Assembly: GCA_963844175.1 (NCBI GenBank)
Contig: CAWJNE010000019.1
Span: forward strand, 727 to 64,726
Source of the DNA: an uncultured Acidimicrobiia bacterium
Lineage (GTDB): Bacteria; Actinomycetota; Acidimicrobiia; Acidimicrobiales; Ilumatobacteraceae
Length of the DNA stretch: 64,000 nucleotides
Reading direction: 5' to 3'
The notes under the pieces are model-generated. The model saw only the letters and a program-made list of their open reading frames with translations, was not told the DNA's origin and did not search any database. Positions 17,068 to 25,386 of the stretch are shown here, one piece after another. A program made the position numbers and the translations under genes. Positions within the stretch are counted from its first letter, which is position 1; each line of letters starts with the position of its first letter.

Positions 17068-19929
17068 ATGGAGGGAGGGCAACGGCTGCTCGTCGACGTG
17101 CTCGGCCCGGTGCGCCTGCGGACCGCCGACGGGCGCGACGTCACCCCCGACGGTGACCTGCAGCGCCGGTTGCTCGCGCTGCTCGTCCTGCGGCGCGGCG
17201 AGCACGTCAGCGCCGACCGGGCCGTCGACGCGCTGTGGCCGGACCGCCGCCCGCGTGACCCCTTGGCGGCGCTGCAGACCCACGTGTTCCGGCTCCGCCG
17301 GGCGCTCCCCGACGGGGCGCTGACATCGTCGGACCACGGGTACTGGCTGGATCCGGCCGCCGTCGACGTCGACGCCGACCGCGTGGCGGCGGCGGTGACC
17401 GACGCCGCCGGCCGACGCGCCGCCGATCCCGACGGGGCCGCCGGCGACCTGGACGAGGCCATGGCGGCATGGCGCGGCTCGCCCTATCCGGAGCTGGTCG
17501 ACGACGACGAGGGGCGCATGGAGGCCGACCGGCTCGACGACCTGCGGGTCCGGGTTGTCGAGGAGCGTGCCGAAGCCCTGCTGGCGGTCGGCCGCGCCGA
17601 CCGGGCGCTGCGTGACCTGACGACGCTCGTCGACGAACACCCGCTGCGCGAGCGGCCCCACGACCTGCTGATGGCGGCGCTCGCCGCGACCGGCCGGACG
17701 GTCGACGCGCTGCGCGTGTACGACGACTTCCGCCGGCGTCTCGGCGACGACCTCGGCATCGAGCCGTCGCCAGTCCTCGCCGCCCGCCACGCCGCCCTGC
17801 TCGGCGGCTCGACGGCCCCCGGTCCCGGCCTGCGCCACCGGCTGCCGGTGCCGATCACCTCGCTGATCGGTCGCGACCGGCTCCTCCTCGATGCCGTGGC
17901 GATGACCGAGGCCCACCGGCTGATCACCATGCTCGGCCCCGGCGGGGTCGGCAAGACCCGACTCCTCGTCGAGGTCGGCAACCGCTTGCGAACGCAGCGC
18001 CCCGACCGGCCCGTCGTGCTGGCCGAGCTGGCCACGGCATCACCGAGCACGGCGGTCGACGACGTCGCATCGACGTTGGGCGTCGAGCGCCGCGACGGCA
18101 CGGCGACCGAGGATCGCCTGGCGACCATCGTCGGCACGAGCGAGGTCGTCGTGCTGCTGGACAACTGCGAGCACGTCCTGGAGCCGATCGCCGAGCTGGT
18201 CGAACAGCTGCTCGCCCGTTGTCCCGGCCTCGTCGTCGTGGCCACCACGCGGGAGCGGCTGCGCGTCGCCGGCGAGCAGCTGTGCCCCGTCCCCCCGTTG
18301 CCGATCCTGGAGCACGGCGGACCGGCCGACGAGCTCTTCGTGGAACGAGCCCGCGCCGTGCGAACCGGCTACGCGCCCGACGCCGCCGACGCAGCGCGGA
18401 TCAGCGAGATCGTGCGCCGGCTCGACGGGTTGCCACTGGCCATCGAGCTGGCCGCCGCCCGGCTGCACACGATGGACGTGGCCGACGTCGCGCACGGTCT
18501 CGATCGCCGGTTCCGGCTGCTGGCTGCCGGGAGCCGCACGGTGGCCCGGCACCGCTCGCTCGGAGCGGCCGTCGAATGGTCCTACGCGCTCCTCTCGGGC
18601 GAGCTGCAGGGGGTCTTCACGGCCGCTTCGACGTTCGTCGGCCCGTTCGACGTGGTCAGCGCGGCGGCCGTGGCGGCAGTCGACGAGTCGACCGCCGCAG
18701 ATGCGCTCGACGCGCTGACGGAACGGTCGCTGGTGGTGCGCGCCCCCGGCGGCCGGTACGCGCTGCTGGAGACGCTGCGGGCGTTCGGGCTGGAACGACT
18801 GGCCGCCGAAGGGCGCGACGAGCTCGTGCGCCGGCGCCATGCCAGGTACTGGACCGCCTGGGCGCGCTCGGCCGCCGCCGGCCTGGTGCGGTCGGGCACC
18901 ACGGGCCTGTTCGAGATCGACGCCAACCTGGCCGACCTGTCCGCCGCCTTCGGCTGGCTGGTGGAGCAGGGCGACGGCGTCGCCGCGGCGGAGCTGCTGG
19001 AGGGGGTGCACGACTTCGCCTACCTGCGGCTGCGCCCGGACGTGCTGGCCTGGGCCGACCGGGCGATCGCCGTCGACGAGGACGCGCCGCACGTGACGGC
19101 GCTGCTGTCGATGAGCTCCACCAGCCGATGGCTGCAGGGTGACGTCGCCGGGATGGCCGAACGGCTGGAGCAGGCACTCGACCACCACCGGCGCCGCGGC
19201 GGTGAGCTCCCGCACGTCGTGGCGCAGAGCCTGGGGGACCACGCGCTGTTCGACGGGCGGCTCGACGAGGCGCAGCGGTGGTACGAGCAGGCCCGCGACT
19301 CGGCGGTCGAGGATCCGGCCGCGTCGCTCCTGGCCCAGGGCACGATCGTTCTGGCCCGCACCTACGCCGGCGACCCCACCGCCGTCGAGACGGCGGCGAC
19401 GCTGTTGGCGACCGTCGCCGACCTCGTCACGCCGTCGGCCGCCATGAGCTGGTACTGCGCCGGCGAGGCCGTCCTCACCGTCGATCCCGTCGTCGCCCGG
19501 CAGCGGCTGGCGCGCGCCGTTGAGATCGCCGAGGCCACGGGGACGCCGTTCGTGGCCGGCATCGCCGGCACCTCGCTGGCGTCGCTCGAGGCCCGGCGTG
19601 GCGACCCGTACGTCGCCGCCCAGCACTACCGCCGTCTCCTCGACCACTGGCGCCGGGCCGGGGTGTGGTCGACGCAGTGGACGATGTTGCGTGCGGTCGC
19701 CGGACTGCTGTTCCGGCTCGGCCGGTACCGCGACGCCGCGGTGCTCACCGCCGCCGTCACGTCGACGACGTCGGGGCACCGCGTGTTCGGCGAGGACGAG
19801 GTGGCGCTGGCTGCACTGGCCGCTCAGCTGCGCGACGTGCTCGGCGACGCCGCCTACGAAGCGGCGTTCGTCGACGGGGCGGCGCTCGACGGCGATGCCG
19901 CCGTCGAGCACGCCCGTCGAGCGTTGTGA
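17068..19929 (+). CDS. AfsR/SARP-family regulator: OmpR-type wHTH, BTAD, NB-ARC/STAND ATPase and TPR-like C-terminus
   Basis: 953 aa. LGPVRL...LLALLVLRRGEHVSADRAVDALW, BTAD region, and Walker A GPGGVGKTRL. Confidence 0.8.
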   Translation: MEGGQRLLVDVLGPVRLRTADGRDVTPDGDLQRRLLALLVLRRGEHVSADRAVDALWPDRRPRDPLAALQTHVFRLRRALPDGALTSSDHGYWLDPAAVDVDADRVAAAVTDAAGRRAADPDGAAGDLDEAMAAWRGSPYPELVDDDEGRMEADRLDDLRVRVVEERAEALLAVGRADRALRDLTTLVDEHPLRERPHDLLMAALAATGRTVDALRVYDDFRRRLGDDLGIEPSPVLAARHAALLGGSTAPGPGLRHRLPVPITSLIGRDRLLLDAVAMTEAHRLITMLGPGGVGKTRLLVEVGNRLRTQRPDRPVVLAELATASPSTAVDDVASTLGVERRDGTATEDRLATIVGTSEVVVLLDNCEHVLEPIAELVEQLLARCPGLVVVATTRERLRVAGEQLCPVPPLPILEHGGPADELFVERARAVRTGYAPDAADAARISEIVRRLDGLPLAIELAAARLHTMDVADVAHGLDRRFRLLAAGSRTVARHRSLGAAVEWSYALLSGELQGVFTAASTFVGPFDVVSAAAVAAVDESTAADALDALTERSLVVRAPGGRYALLETLRAFGLERLAAEGRDELVRRRHARYWTAWARSAAAGLVRSGTTGLFEIDANLADLSAAFGWLVEQGDGVAAAELLEGVHDFAYLRLRPDVLAWADRAIAVDEDAPHVTALLSMSSTSRWLQGDVAGMAERLEQALDHHRRRGGELPHVVAQSLGDHALFDGRLDEAQRWYEQARDSAVEDPAASLLAQGTIVLARTYAGDPTAVETAATLLATVADLVTPSAAMSWYCAGEAVLTVDPVVARQRLARAVEIAEATGTPFVAGIAGTSLASLEARRGDPYVAAQHYRRLLDHWRRAGVWSTQWTMLRAVAGLLFRLGRYRDAAVLTAAVTSTTSGHRVFGEDEVALAALAAQLRDVLGDAAYEAAFVDGAALDGDAAVEHARRAL

Positions 19930-19947
19930 GACCAACCCAACGTCAGG

Positions 19948-21201
19948 TCACCAGCGGGCGCCCTGCTCGGCGGCGATGCCGAGTGTGATCTTGCCGATCA
20001 TCTCGTGGGCGAGGGCGTCGTTGCCGGGGTGGAACCCGCCGCAGCGGACGTCCCGGTAGAGGCGCTCCAGCTCGTTGCCCTTGAACATGCCGCCGCCGCC
20101 GGACACGTCGAGCGCGATGTCGACGACGCGCTTGGCTGCCTCGACGGCCCGCCACTTCATGGCGAACAGCTTGGAGCCCCACTCCACGCCGTGGTCGACG
20201 CCGGCCAGCCAGTCGTCGGCGAACCGGTCGACCACTGCCACGGCGGCGTCGAGCTCGAGGTACATCTCGGCGATCTGGTGTTGGACCATCGGGTGGTAGG
20301 CGTAGGCGCCGCGCTCGATGGCAATCGACCGCTTGCGCTTCGCCGACGCGACGGCCAACTCCAGCGCCCGCTGGGCGATGCCGACGTACACGTTGGCGAT
20401 CCCGGTGAGGGCCCAGAAGTTCATCGCCGCCAGGAACAGATCCTGGTCGTCACCGGCCGGCACGACGCGCCCGACGCGCGAGTCCGGCACGAACACGCCG
20501 TCGAGCACGGTGTCGTGGCTCTGGCTGGCCCGCATCCCGAGCGTGTCCCAGGTCTCGACGACGGTCACGCCGGGGCTCGAGCGCTCGACGAAGGCGTGCA
20601 CGATCTGCGGTCCGCCGGGAGCATCGGCGTCGACGGCATGGGCGCCGAGCCAGTTCCAGACGGGCCCGTTGGAGCCGAACTGCTTGCGCCCGTCGAGGCG
20701 GTACCCACCCTCGACACGCGTCGCCGCGCAGGTGGAGAGCACCACCGGCAGGTCGTTGCCGGCCTCGGCGTGGCCGGCGGCGAAGATCTCGCCGGCCGCA
20801 GCCGCCTGGGAGATCCACGTCATCGACGGATCGCCGAAGCGCTCCAGCTCGGCGGCGATGCCGGTCCAGTAGAAGTGCATCGTCGTGGCCAGCGCCGTCG
20901 CCGGCGCGTAGCGGGCAAGGGTGCGCTGGGACGCACCGAACTGGGCGAGGTCGAACCCCCACCCGCCGTGGTGCACGGGCACGGCGGCGGCCAGGTAGCC
21001 GATCTCGCGCAGGTCGGCGAGGTCCTCGTAGAAGTACGTGTTGGTCCGGTCCAGGGCGTCGGCCCGGGCCCGGAAGCGCTCCAGCATCGTCGGATCGAGG
21101 GCCTCGATGCGCGGGCGGAACGTGGTGTCAGTGGTGGTCGTGGTATCGGTGACGGTGCTCATGGCGACGACCGTGCGGTTCGTCGCTCGCGTGGCGCTCA
21201 C
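19948..21201 (-). CDS. acyl-CoA dehydrogenase family protein
   Basis: 417 aa with the general ACAD layout. C-terminal GGGGMFKGNELERLYRDVRCGGFHP. The start may be the internal ATG at 21162. Confidence 0.75.
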   Translation of the reverse strand: MSATRATNRTVVAMSTVTDTTTTTDTTFRPRIEALDPTMLERFRARADALDRTNTYFYEDLADLREIGYLAAAVPVHHGGWGFDLAQFGASQRTLARYAPATALATTMHFYWTGIAAELERFGDPSMTWISQAAAAGEIFAAGHAEAGNDLPVVLSTCAATRVEGGYRLDGRKQFGSNGPVWNWLGAHAVDADAPGGPQIVHAFVERSSPGVTVVETWDTLGMRASQSHDTVLDGVFVPDSRVGRVVPAGDDQDLFLAAMNFWALTGIANVYVGIAQRALELAVASAKRKRSIAIERGAYAYHPMVQHQIAEMYLELDAAVAVVDRFADDWLAGVDHGVEWGSKLFAMKWRAVEAAKRVVDIALDVSGGGGMFKGNELERLYRDVRCGGFHPGNDALAHEMIGKITLGIAAEQGARW

Positions 21202-21267
21202 ATCCGCTCACACCACACGCAAGTAGGTGTGACGCAGGTGTGAGCGGCGCCGCCGACGGTCGTCGCC

Positions 21268-22113
21268 ATGAACACCCATCAGCATCCCCACCGAACCACC
21301 GTCCGCCGGCGCCGCATCGACGCCGGCCTGGCCCTCGCCGGGATCGGCGCCACGGTCGCCATCGCCACCGTTCCTGCGTCGCAGGCGTCGGCGGCATCGT
21401 CGCCCATCAGCTGTGGAACGATCGTCACGACGGACGTACGCCTCGACGCCGACCTCGTCGACTGCCAGGGCTCCGGCCTGATCGTCGGCGCGCCCGGGAT
21501 CACCATCGACCTCGGTGGCCACACCGTCGACGGGACGGGCACGGGCGTCGGGATCGACAACCAGGCGAGCTTCGACGACGTCGAGATCAGGAGCGGCACC
21601 GTCACCGACTTCACGCTCGGCGTCGTGCTGTTCGACGCTGCCGGCAACCGGGTCGAGCGGGTCACCGCGGCTCGCAACGCCGTCGGCTTCGACGTCCACC
21701 GAACCGTGGGCGCCGAGCTGGAGCGCGTCGTCGCCCACAGCAACGCTGGCACGGGCATCTCGGTCGGCTTCGCCGAGGCCACCGTCGTGCGGCGGGCGAC
21801 GGTCACGGGCAACGGCCAGGGCGGCATCGTCGACCGCTCGTCGTTCGGCAGCCGCTACGAGCGCAACTTCGTCTCGGGCAACGCCTTCGGCATGGAGATC
21901 GCCCAGACCGATCGGGCCGAGGTCGATCGCAACGAGGTCAGCACCAACGACGGCGACGGCATCCGGATCGGGTTCTGGGCGACGGGCGTGAACGTCGACC
22001 GCAACAGCACCCACGGCAACGCCGGCGCCGGGCTCGTGATCGAGGAGCCGGGCAACACGGTGTCCCGCCACCAGTCCTCCGGAAACGGGGGCGGTGACGT
22101 CGTCCTCCTCTGA
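21268..22113 (+). CDS. secreted right-handed parallel beta-helix repeat protein (Tat-type signal)
   Basis: RRRRIDAGLALAGIGA...ASA signal peptide. Repeated ~22-aa units (N.V.GN...GI.V...). The stop TGA lies inside the first repeat unit of the downstream array. Confidence 0.7.
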   Translation: MNTHQHPHRTTVRRRRIDAGLALAGIGATVAIATVPASQASAASSPISCGTIVTTDVRLDADLVDCQGSGLIVGAPGITIDLGGHTVDGTGTGVGIDNQASFDDVEIRSGTVTDFTLGVVLFDAAGNRVERVTAARNAVGFDVHRTVGAELERVVAHSNAGTGISVGFAEATVVRRATVTGNGQGGIVDRSSFGSRYERNFVSGNAFGMEIAQTDRAEVDRNEVSTNDGDGIRIGFWATGVNVDRNSTHGNAGAGLVIEEPGNTVSRHQSSGNGGGDVVLL

Positions 22114-22603
22114 TGGCTCGCTTCGCTCGCGGGGCCGGACAAGGCCGGCCTGACCATGCGTCGTCGCTGCGGTCGGGGGCCAAAGCGCGCACGTCCTCTG
22201 ATGGCTCGCTTCGCTCGCGGGGCCGGACAAGGCCGGCCTGACCATGCGTCGTCGCTGCGGTCGGGGGCCAAAGCGCGCACGTCCTCTGATGGCTCGCTTC
22301 GCTCGCGGGGCCGGACAAGGCCGGCCTGACCATGCGTCGTCGCTGCGGTCGGGGGCCAAAGCGCGCACGTCCTCTGATGGCTCGCTTCGCTCGCGGGGCC
22401 GGACAAGGCCGGCCTGACCATGCGTCGTCGCTGCGGTCGGGGGCCAAAGCGCGCACGTCCTCTGATGGCTCGCTTCGCTCGCGGGGCCGGACAAGGCCGG
22501 CCTGACCATGCGTCGTCGCTGCGGTCGGGGGCCAAAGCGCGCGACGTTGGGGGCCGGCCTGACCATGCGTCGTCGCTGCGGTCGGGGCCAAGCGCACGTC
22601 TGC
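22111..22603. repeat. 88-bp tandem repeat array (about 5.6 units)
   Basis: Units start at 22111, 22199, 22287, 22375 and 22463. Units 1-4 are identical by eye, unit 5 is identical for 80 nt, and a sixth copy is internally deleted and diverged. Confidence 0.95.
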
Positions 22604-22767
22604 GGTGGCCAGCGCGGGTGACAGGGTGTCCCCGCGAGGTCACCCGCATGCTTGCGTTCCTGTGACGCCGTCCGTAGCGTTTCCGTCGCACACAGGTTCG
22701 GGAACCTCTCATCCCGGCCCCGAACAGGAGCGGGACCCTGCGATTCGAACGAGCTGACGGCTGGCGA

Positions 22768-23316
22768 GTGGTGCTGGCGAGCGCCCTCACGGTCGCCGTG
22801 CTGCCGGCCATCTGGCTCGTCAACCGCAAGGACGACACCGCCTCTCCGAACGTCGCCGCCGTCGGCCTGTCGGCTGAGGAGACGTCGTCGGCAGCGACCT
22901 CGACCACGATGCCCGACCTCATGGGCTCGCTCCCGCCGCGCTACCTCAACGGGACGGCCGGGCCCGGCCCCGTGTCGACCAACGCCCCGGTGGCCGTCGG
23001 CCAGCCGGAGGCGGTCGTCGTCGGGACGGGCACCGCGACGTACCGCCGCGACGTCGGCCAAGCCGGGTGGTGCCTGACCAACGCCCTCGAGGCCGGGCTC
23101 GTCGTCACCGTCGTCAACGTCGACAACGGCCGCACGCTGCAATGCGTCATCCAGCCGCGCGAGGACCAGGCGGCTGCCGCCGAGGACGAGGACGGCGATC
23201 AGGACGACGCAGCGACGGTGGTCGTGCCCGACGACGAGCTCGTGCTCCTCACGACGGACTTCGCCCAGATCGCCGACCTGACCGACGCGCCGGTCCACAT
23301 CGAGATCCGCCAGTGA
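22768..23316 (+). CDS. membrane-anchored protein with possible RlpA-like double-psi beta-barrel C-terminal domain
   Basis: N-terminal TM segment VLASALTVAVLPAIWLV. C-terminus GTATYRRDVGQAGWCL...GLVVTVVNVDNGRTLQCVI...DFAQIADL...VHIEI resembles a DPBB. It occupies the slot where rpfB sits next to ksgA in mycobacteria. Confidence 0.4.
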   Translation: MVLASALTVAVLPAIWLVNRKDDTASPNVAAVGLSAEETSSAATSTTMPDLMGSLPPRYLNGTAGPGPVSTNAPVAVGQPEAVVVGTGTATYRRDVGQAGWCLTNALEAGLVVTVVNVDNGRTLQCVIQPREDQAAAAEDEDGDQDDAATVVVPDDELVLLTTDFAQIADLTDAPVHIEIRQ

Positions 23317-23317
23317 G

Positions 23318-24130
23318 ATGACCCACTCGCGTGTCCGCACGCGCGAGCTGCTGACCTCCCACGCGCTGGCGCCGCGCCGGGACCTGGGCCAGAACTTCGT
23401 CGTCGACCCGAACACGGTCCGCCGCATCGCCCACCTGGCCCGCGTCGGTCCTGGTGACCATGTGGTCGAGGTGGGCGCCGGGCTCGGCGCGCTGACCCTG
23501 GCGCTGGCCGACGAGGGCGCGGAGGTGCTGGCGATCGAGGTCGACGTCGGCCTGGCGGCCGCGCTCCGTGACGTCGTCGGTGAACGCCCGAACGTGCGCC
23601 TCCTCGTCGCTGACGCGCTGGCCGTCGACTGGGGGTCGCTGCTGTCGGCGGCCCGACCTTGGACCCTGGTCGCCAACCTGCCGTACAACGTCGCCACCCC
23701 GCTCGTCGCCGACCTGCTCGACACGGCGCCGGCGATCACCCGGATGCTCGTGATGGTCCAGCGGGAGGTGGGGGAACGGCTGGCCGCCTCCCCGGGTTCG
23801 GGGGTCTACGGCGCGATCAGCGTCAAGGTGGCGTATTGGGCCGCGGCACAGGTCGTCGGCGCCGTTCCGGCCTCGGTGTTCATGCCTCGGCCCAACGTGG
23901 AGTCCGTGCTGGTGGAGATCACCCGCCGTCAGCCGCCCGACATCGCGCCGGAGCAGCTGTTCAAGCTGGTCCGCACGGCGTTCGGGCAACGCCGCAAGAT
24001 GCTGCGGCGGTCGCTGCGCGAGCGCGTCACGGCCGCGCAGTTCGCCACCGCCGGCGTCGAGCCGACCGACCGGCCGGAGGACGTGGACCTCGACGGCTGG
24101 GTGCGCCTCGCCAACGTCGTCGGACCGTGA
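23318..24130 (+). CDS. rsmA: 16S rRNA (adenine1518/1519-N6)-dimethyltransferase
   Basis: LGQNFVVDPNTVRRI...VVEVGAGLGALT...ANLPYNVATP. Confidence 0.9.
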   Translation: MTHSRVRTRELLTSHALAPRRDLGQNFVVDPNTVRRIAHLARVGPGDHVVEVGAGLGALTLALADEGAEVLAIEVDVGLAAALRDVVGERPNVRLLVADALAVDWGSLLSAARPWTLVANLPYNVATPLVADLLDTAPAITRMLVMVQREVGERLAASPGSGVYGAISVKVAYWAAAQVVGAVPASVFMPRPNVESVLVEITRRQPPDIAPEQLFKLVRTAFGQRRKMLRRSLRERVTAAQFATAGVEPTDRPEDVDLDGWVRLANVVGP

Positions 24131-24871
24131 CGACGACGGTCGTCGCGCCGGCCAAGCTGACGCTGACGTTGCGGATCGTCGGGGTGCGACCGGACGGTTA
24201 CCACCTGCTGGACGCCGAGCTGGTGACGTTGGACCTCGCCGATCGGCTGACGCCTGACGCCCGGCTCGTCCGGCGTCGTGGTCGACGGGCCGTTCGCAGC
24301 TGGTGTGCCGAGCGACGAGCGCAACCTCGCCGTGCGGGCGCTGACCCGCGTGGGCCGCGCCGCCGGGGTGCGGATCACCAAGCAGATCCCCCACGGCGGT
24401 GGGCTCGGCGGCGGGTCGGCCGACGCCGCGGCGGTGCTGCGGTGGGCCGGGATCAGCGACCCGGCGGTCGCCGCGGAACTGGGCGCCGACGTGCCGTTCT
24501 GCCTGGTCGGTGGCCGGGCCCGGGTGACGGGCATCGGCGAGTTGGTCGAACCGTTGGGGCATCGGGCGATGGTCGTGACGCTGGTCGTGCCGCCGCTCGC
24601 CGTCAGCACGCCGGCGGTGTACCGGGCGTGGGACGACCTCGGCGGACCGACGGGGGCAGGCCCGAACGACCTCGAGTCGGCAGCGGTGCAGGCGGAGCCG
24701 CGATTGGCGGTGTGGCGCGACCGCATCGGCGAATTGGCCGGCGAGCCGCCGGTGCTGGCGGGCAGCGGATCGACGTGGTTCCTGCACGGCGAGCGCGACG
24801 GCGCCCTCGCCGCACTGGGCGACGAGGGCGCCGTGGTCATCGTTGCCCGGGCCGTCGAACGCCCGGGGTAG
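24127..24871 (+). pseudogene. ispE: 4-diphosphocytidyl-2-C-methyl-D-erythritol kinase, reading frame broken by a 7-bp tandem duplication
   Basis: From GTG 24127 (GTGA overlap with rsmA) frame A reads VAPAKLTLTLRIVGVRPDGYHLLDAELVTLDLADRLTP. The rest (SGVVVDGPFAAGVPSDERNL...PHGGGLGGGSADAAA) is in another frame. CTGACGC is duplicated at 24247-24260. Confidence 0.8.
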
Positions 24872-24873
24872 TG

Positions 24874-24966
24874 CTACTTGCGCCGCTGGTGGCGGGTGCG
24901 CCGGAGCATCTTCTTGTGCTTCTTCTTGCGCATCCGCTTGCGGCGCTTCTTGATCAGCGAACCCAT
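24874..24966 (-). CDS. 30-aa basic micro-protein matching actinobacterial ribosomal protein bS22
   Basis: Reverse strand ATG 24966 to TAG 24874 gives MGSLIKKRRKRMRKKKHKKMLRRTRHQRRK. Below the ORF-track length cutoff. Confidence 0.75.
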   Translation of the reverse strand: MGSLIKKRRKRMRKKKHKKMLRRTRHQRRK

Positions 24967-24998
24967 AGGGTCGGCAACGCTACCGCCGCGTGGCGCCG

Positions 24999-25224
24999 CA
25001 GAGGAGGCGTGCGCGCTTTGGCCCCCGACCGCAGCGAGTGCGCATGGTCAGGCCGGCCTTGCCCGGCCCAGCGAGCGAAGCGAGCCATCAGAGGAGGCGT
25101 GCGCGCTTCGGCCCCCGACCGCAGCGAGTGCGCATGGTCAGGCCTGCCTTGTCCGGCTTCACGAGCGGAGCGAGTTGACGGAAGTTCGTTGCCGCAGCTC
25201 GAAGGAGCGAAGCGAGCCATCAGA
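24999..25224. repeat. about 2.5 tandem copies (90-bp period) of the 88-bp repeat family, opposite orientation to the 22.1-kb array
   Basis: 25001-25090 aligns to the reverse complement of the 88-bp unit with a 2-nt insertion and a few substitutions. The second copy degenerates and ends with GAGCGAAGCGAGCCATCAG at 25224. Confidence 0.85.
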
Positions 25225-25280
25225 ACGATGCCGGGCGGGCGCGAGCGGCCCGCGATACCTTGCCTCCATCGGCGCGACAG

Positions 25281-25355
25281 TCCGGGGTCGTTCAATCGGT
25301 AGGACGCCTGGTTTTGGTCCAGTGAATAGGGGTTCGATTCCTCTCCCCGGAGCCA
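25281..25355 (+). tRNA. tRNA-Gln (anticodon TTG)
   Basis: Hand-folded cloverleaf. Acceptor TCCGGGG/CCCCGGA, D-stem GTTC/GGAC, anticodon loop TTTTGGT, T-arm AGGGG-TTCGATT-CCTCT, encoded CCA. 75 nt. Confidence 0.85.
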
Positions 25356-25386
25356 TGGAAGCTGTCACGGTTGACTGGAGCGGATC

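Noticed and set aside
22111-22603. Possible CRISPR array
   Set aside because: The units are directly abutting 88-bp repeats with no unique spacers. There are no cas genes in the window, and related copies are scattered singly. This is a tandem repeat, not a CRISPR.
22604-22767. ydaO-type cyclic-di-AMP riboswitch call
   Set aside because: The context is suggestive. However, I could not find the conserved cores (GGGGGACCCA, GGGGUGAAUCC, CCCGAAUCCGACAGCUAACCUCG). It is kept only as a low-confidence finding, not as a feature.
21855-22922. Long repetitive ORFs across the array (for example 21855-22922 minus, 21938-22597 minus, 22420-22665 plus)
   Set aside because: The 88-bp period is not divisible by 3, so the 'protein' repeats cycle through all three frames. 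The products are Arg/Pro/Ala-rich artefacts.
23659-25302. 547-aa ORF running from inside rsmA through ispE, bS22 and the repeat block
   Set aside because: Only the segment 24127 to about 24250 of this frame is real, as the ispE N-terminus. The rest is read-through caused by the 7-bp duplication and GC-rich sequence.
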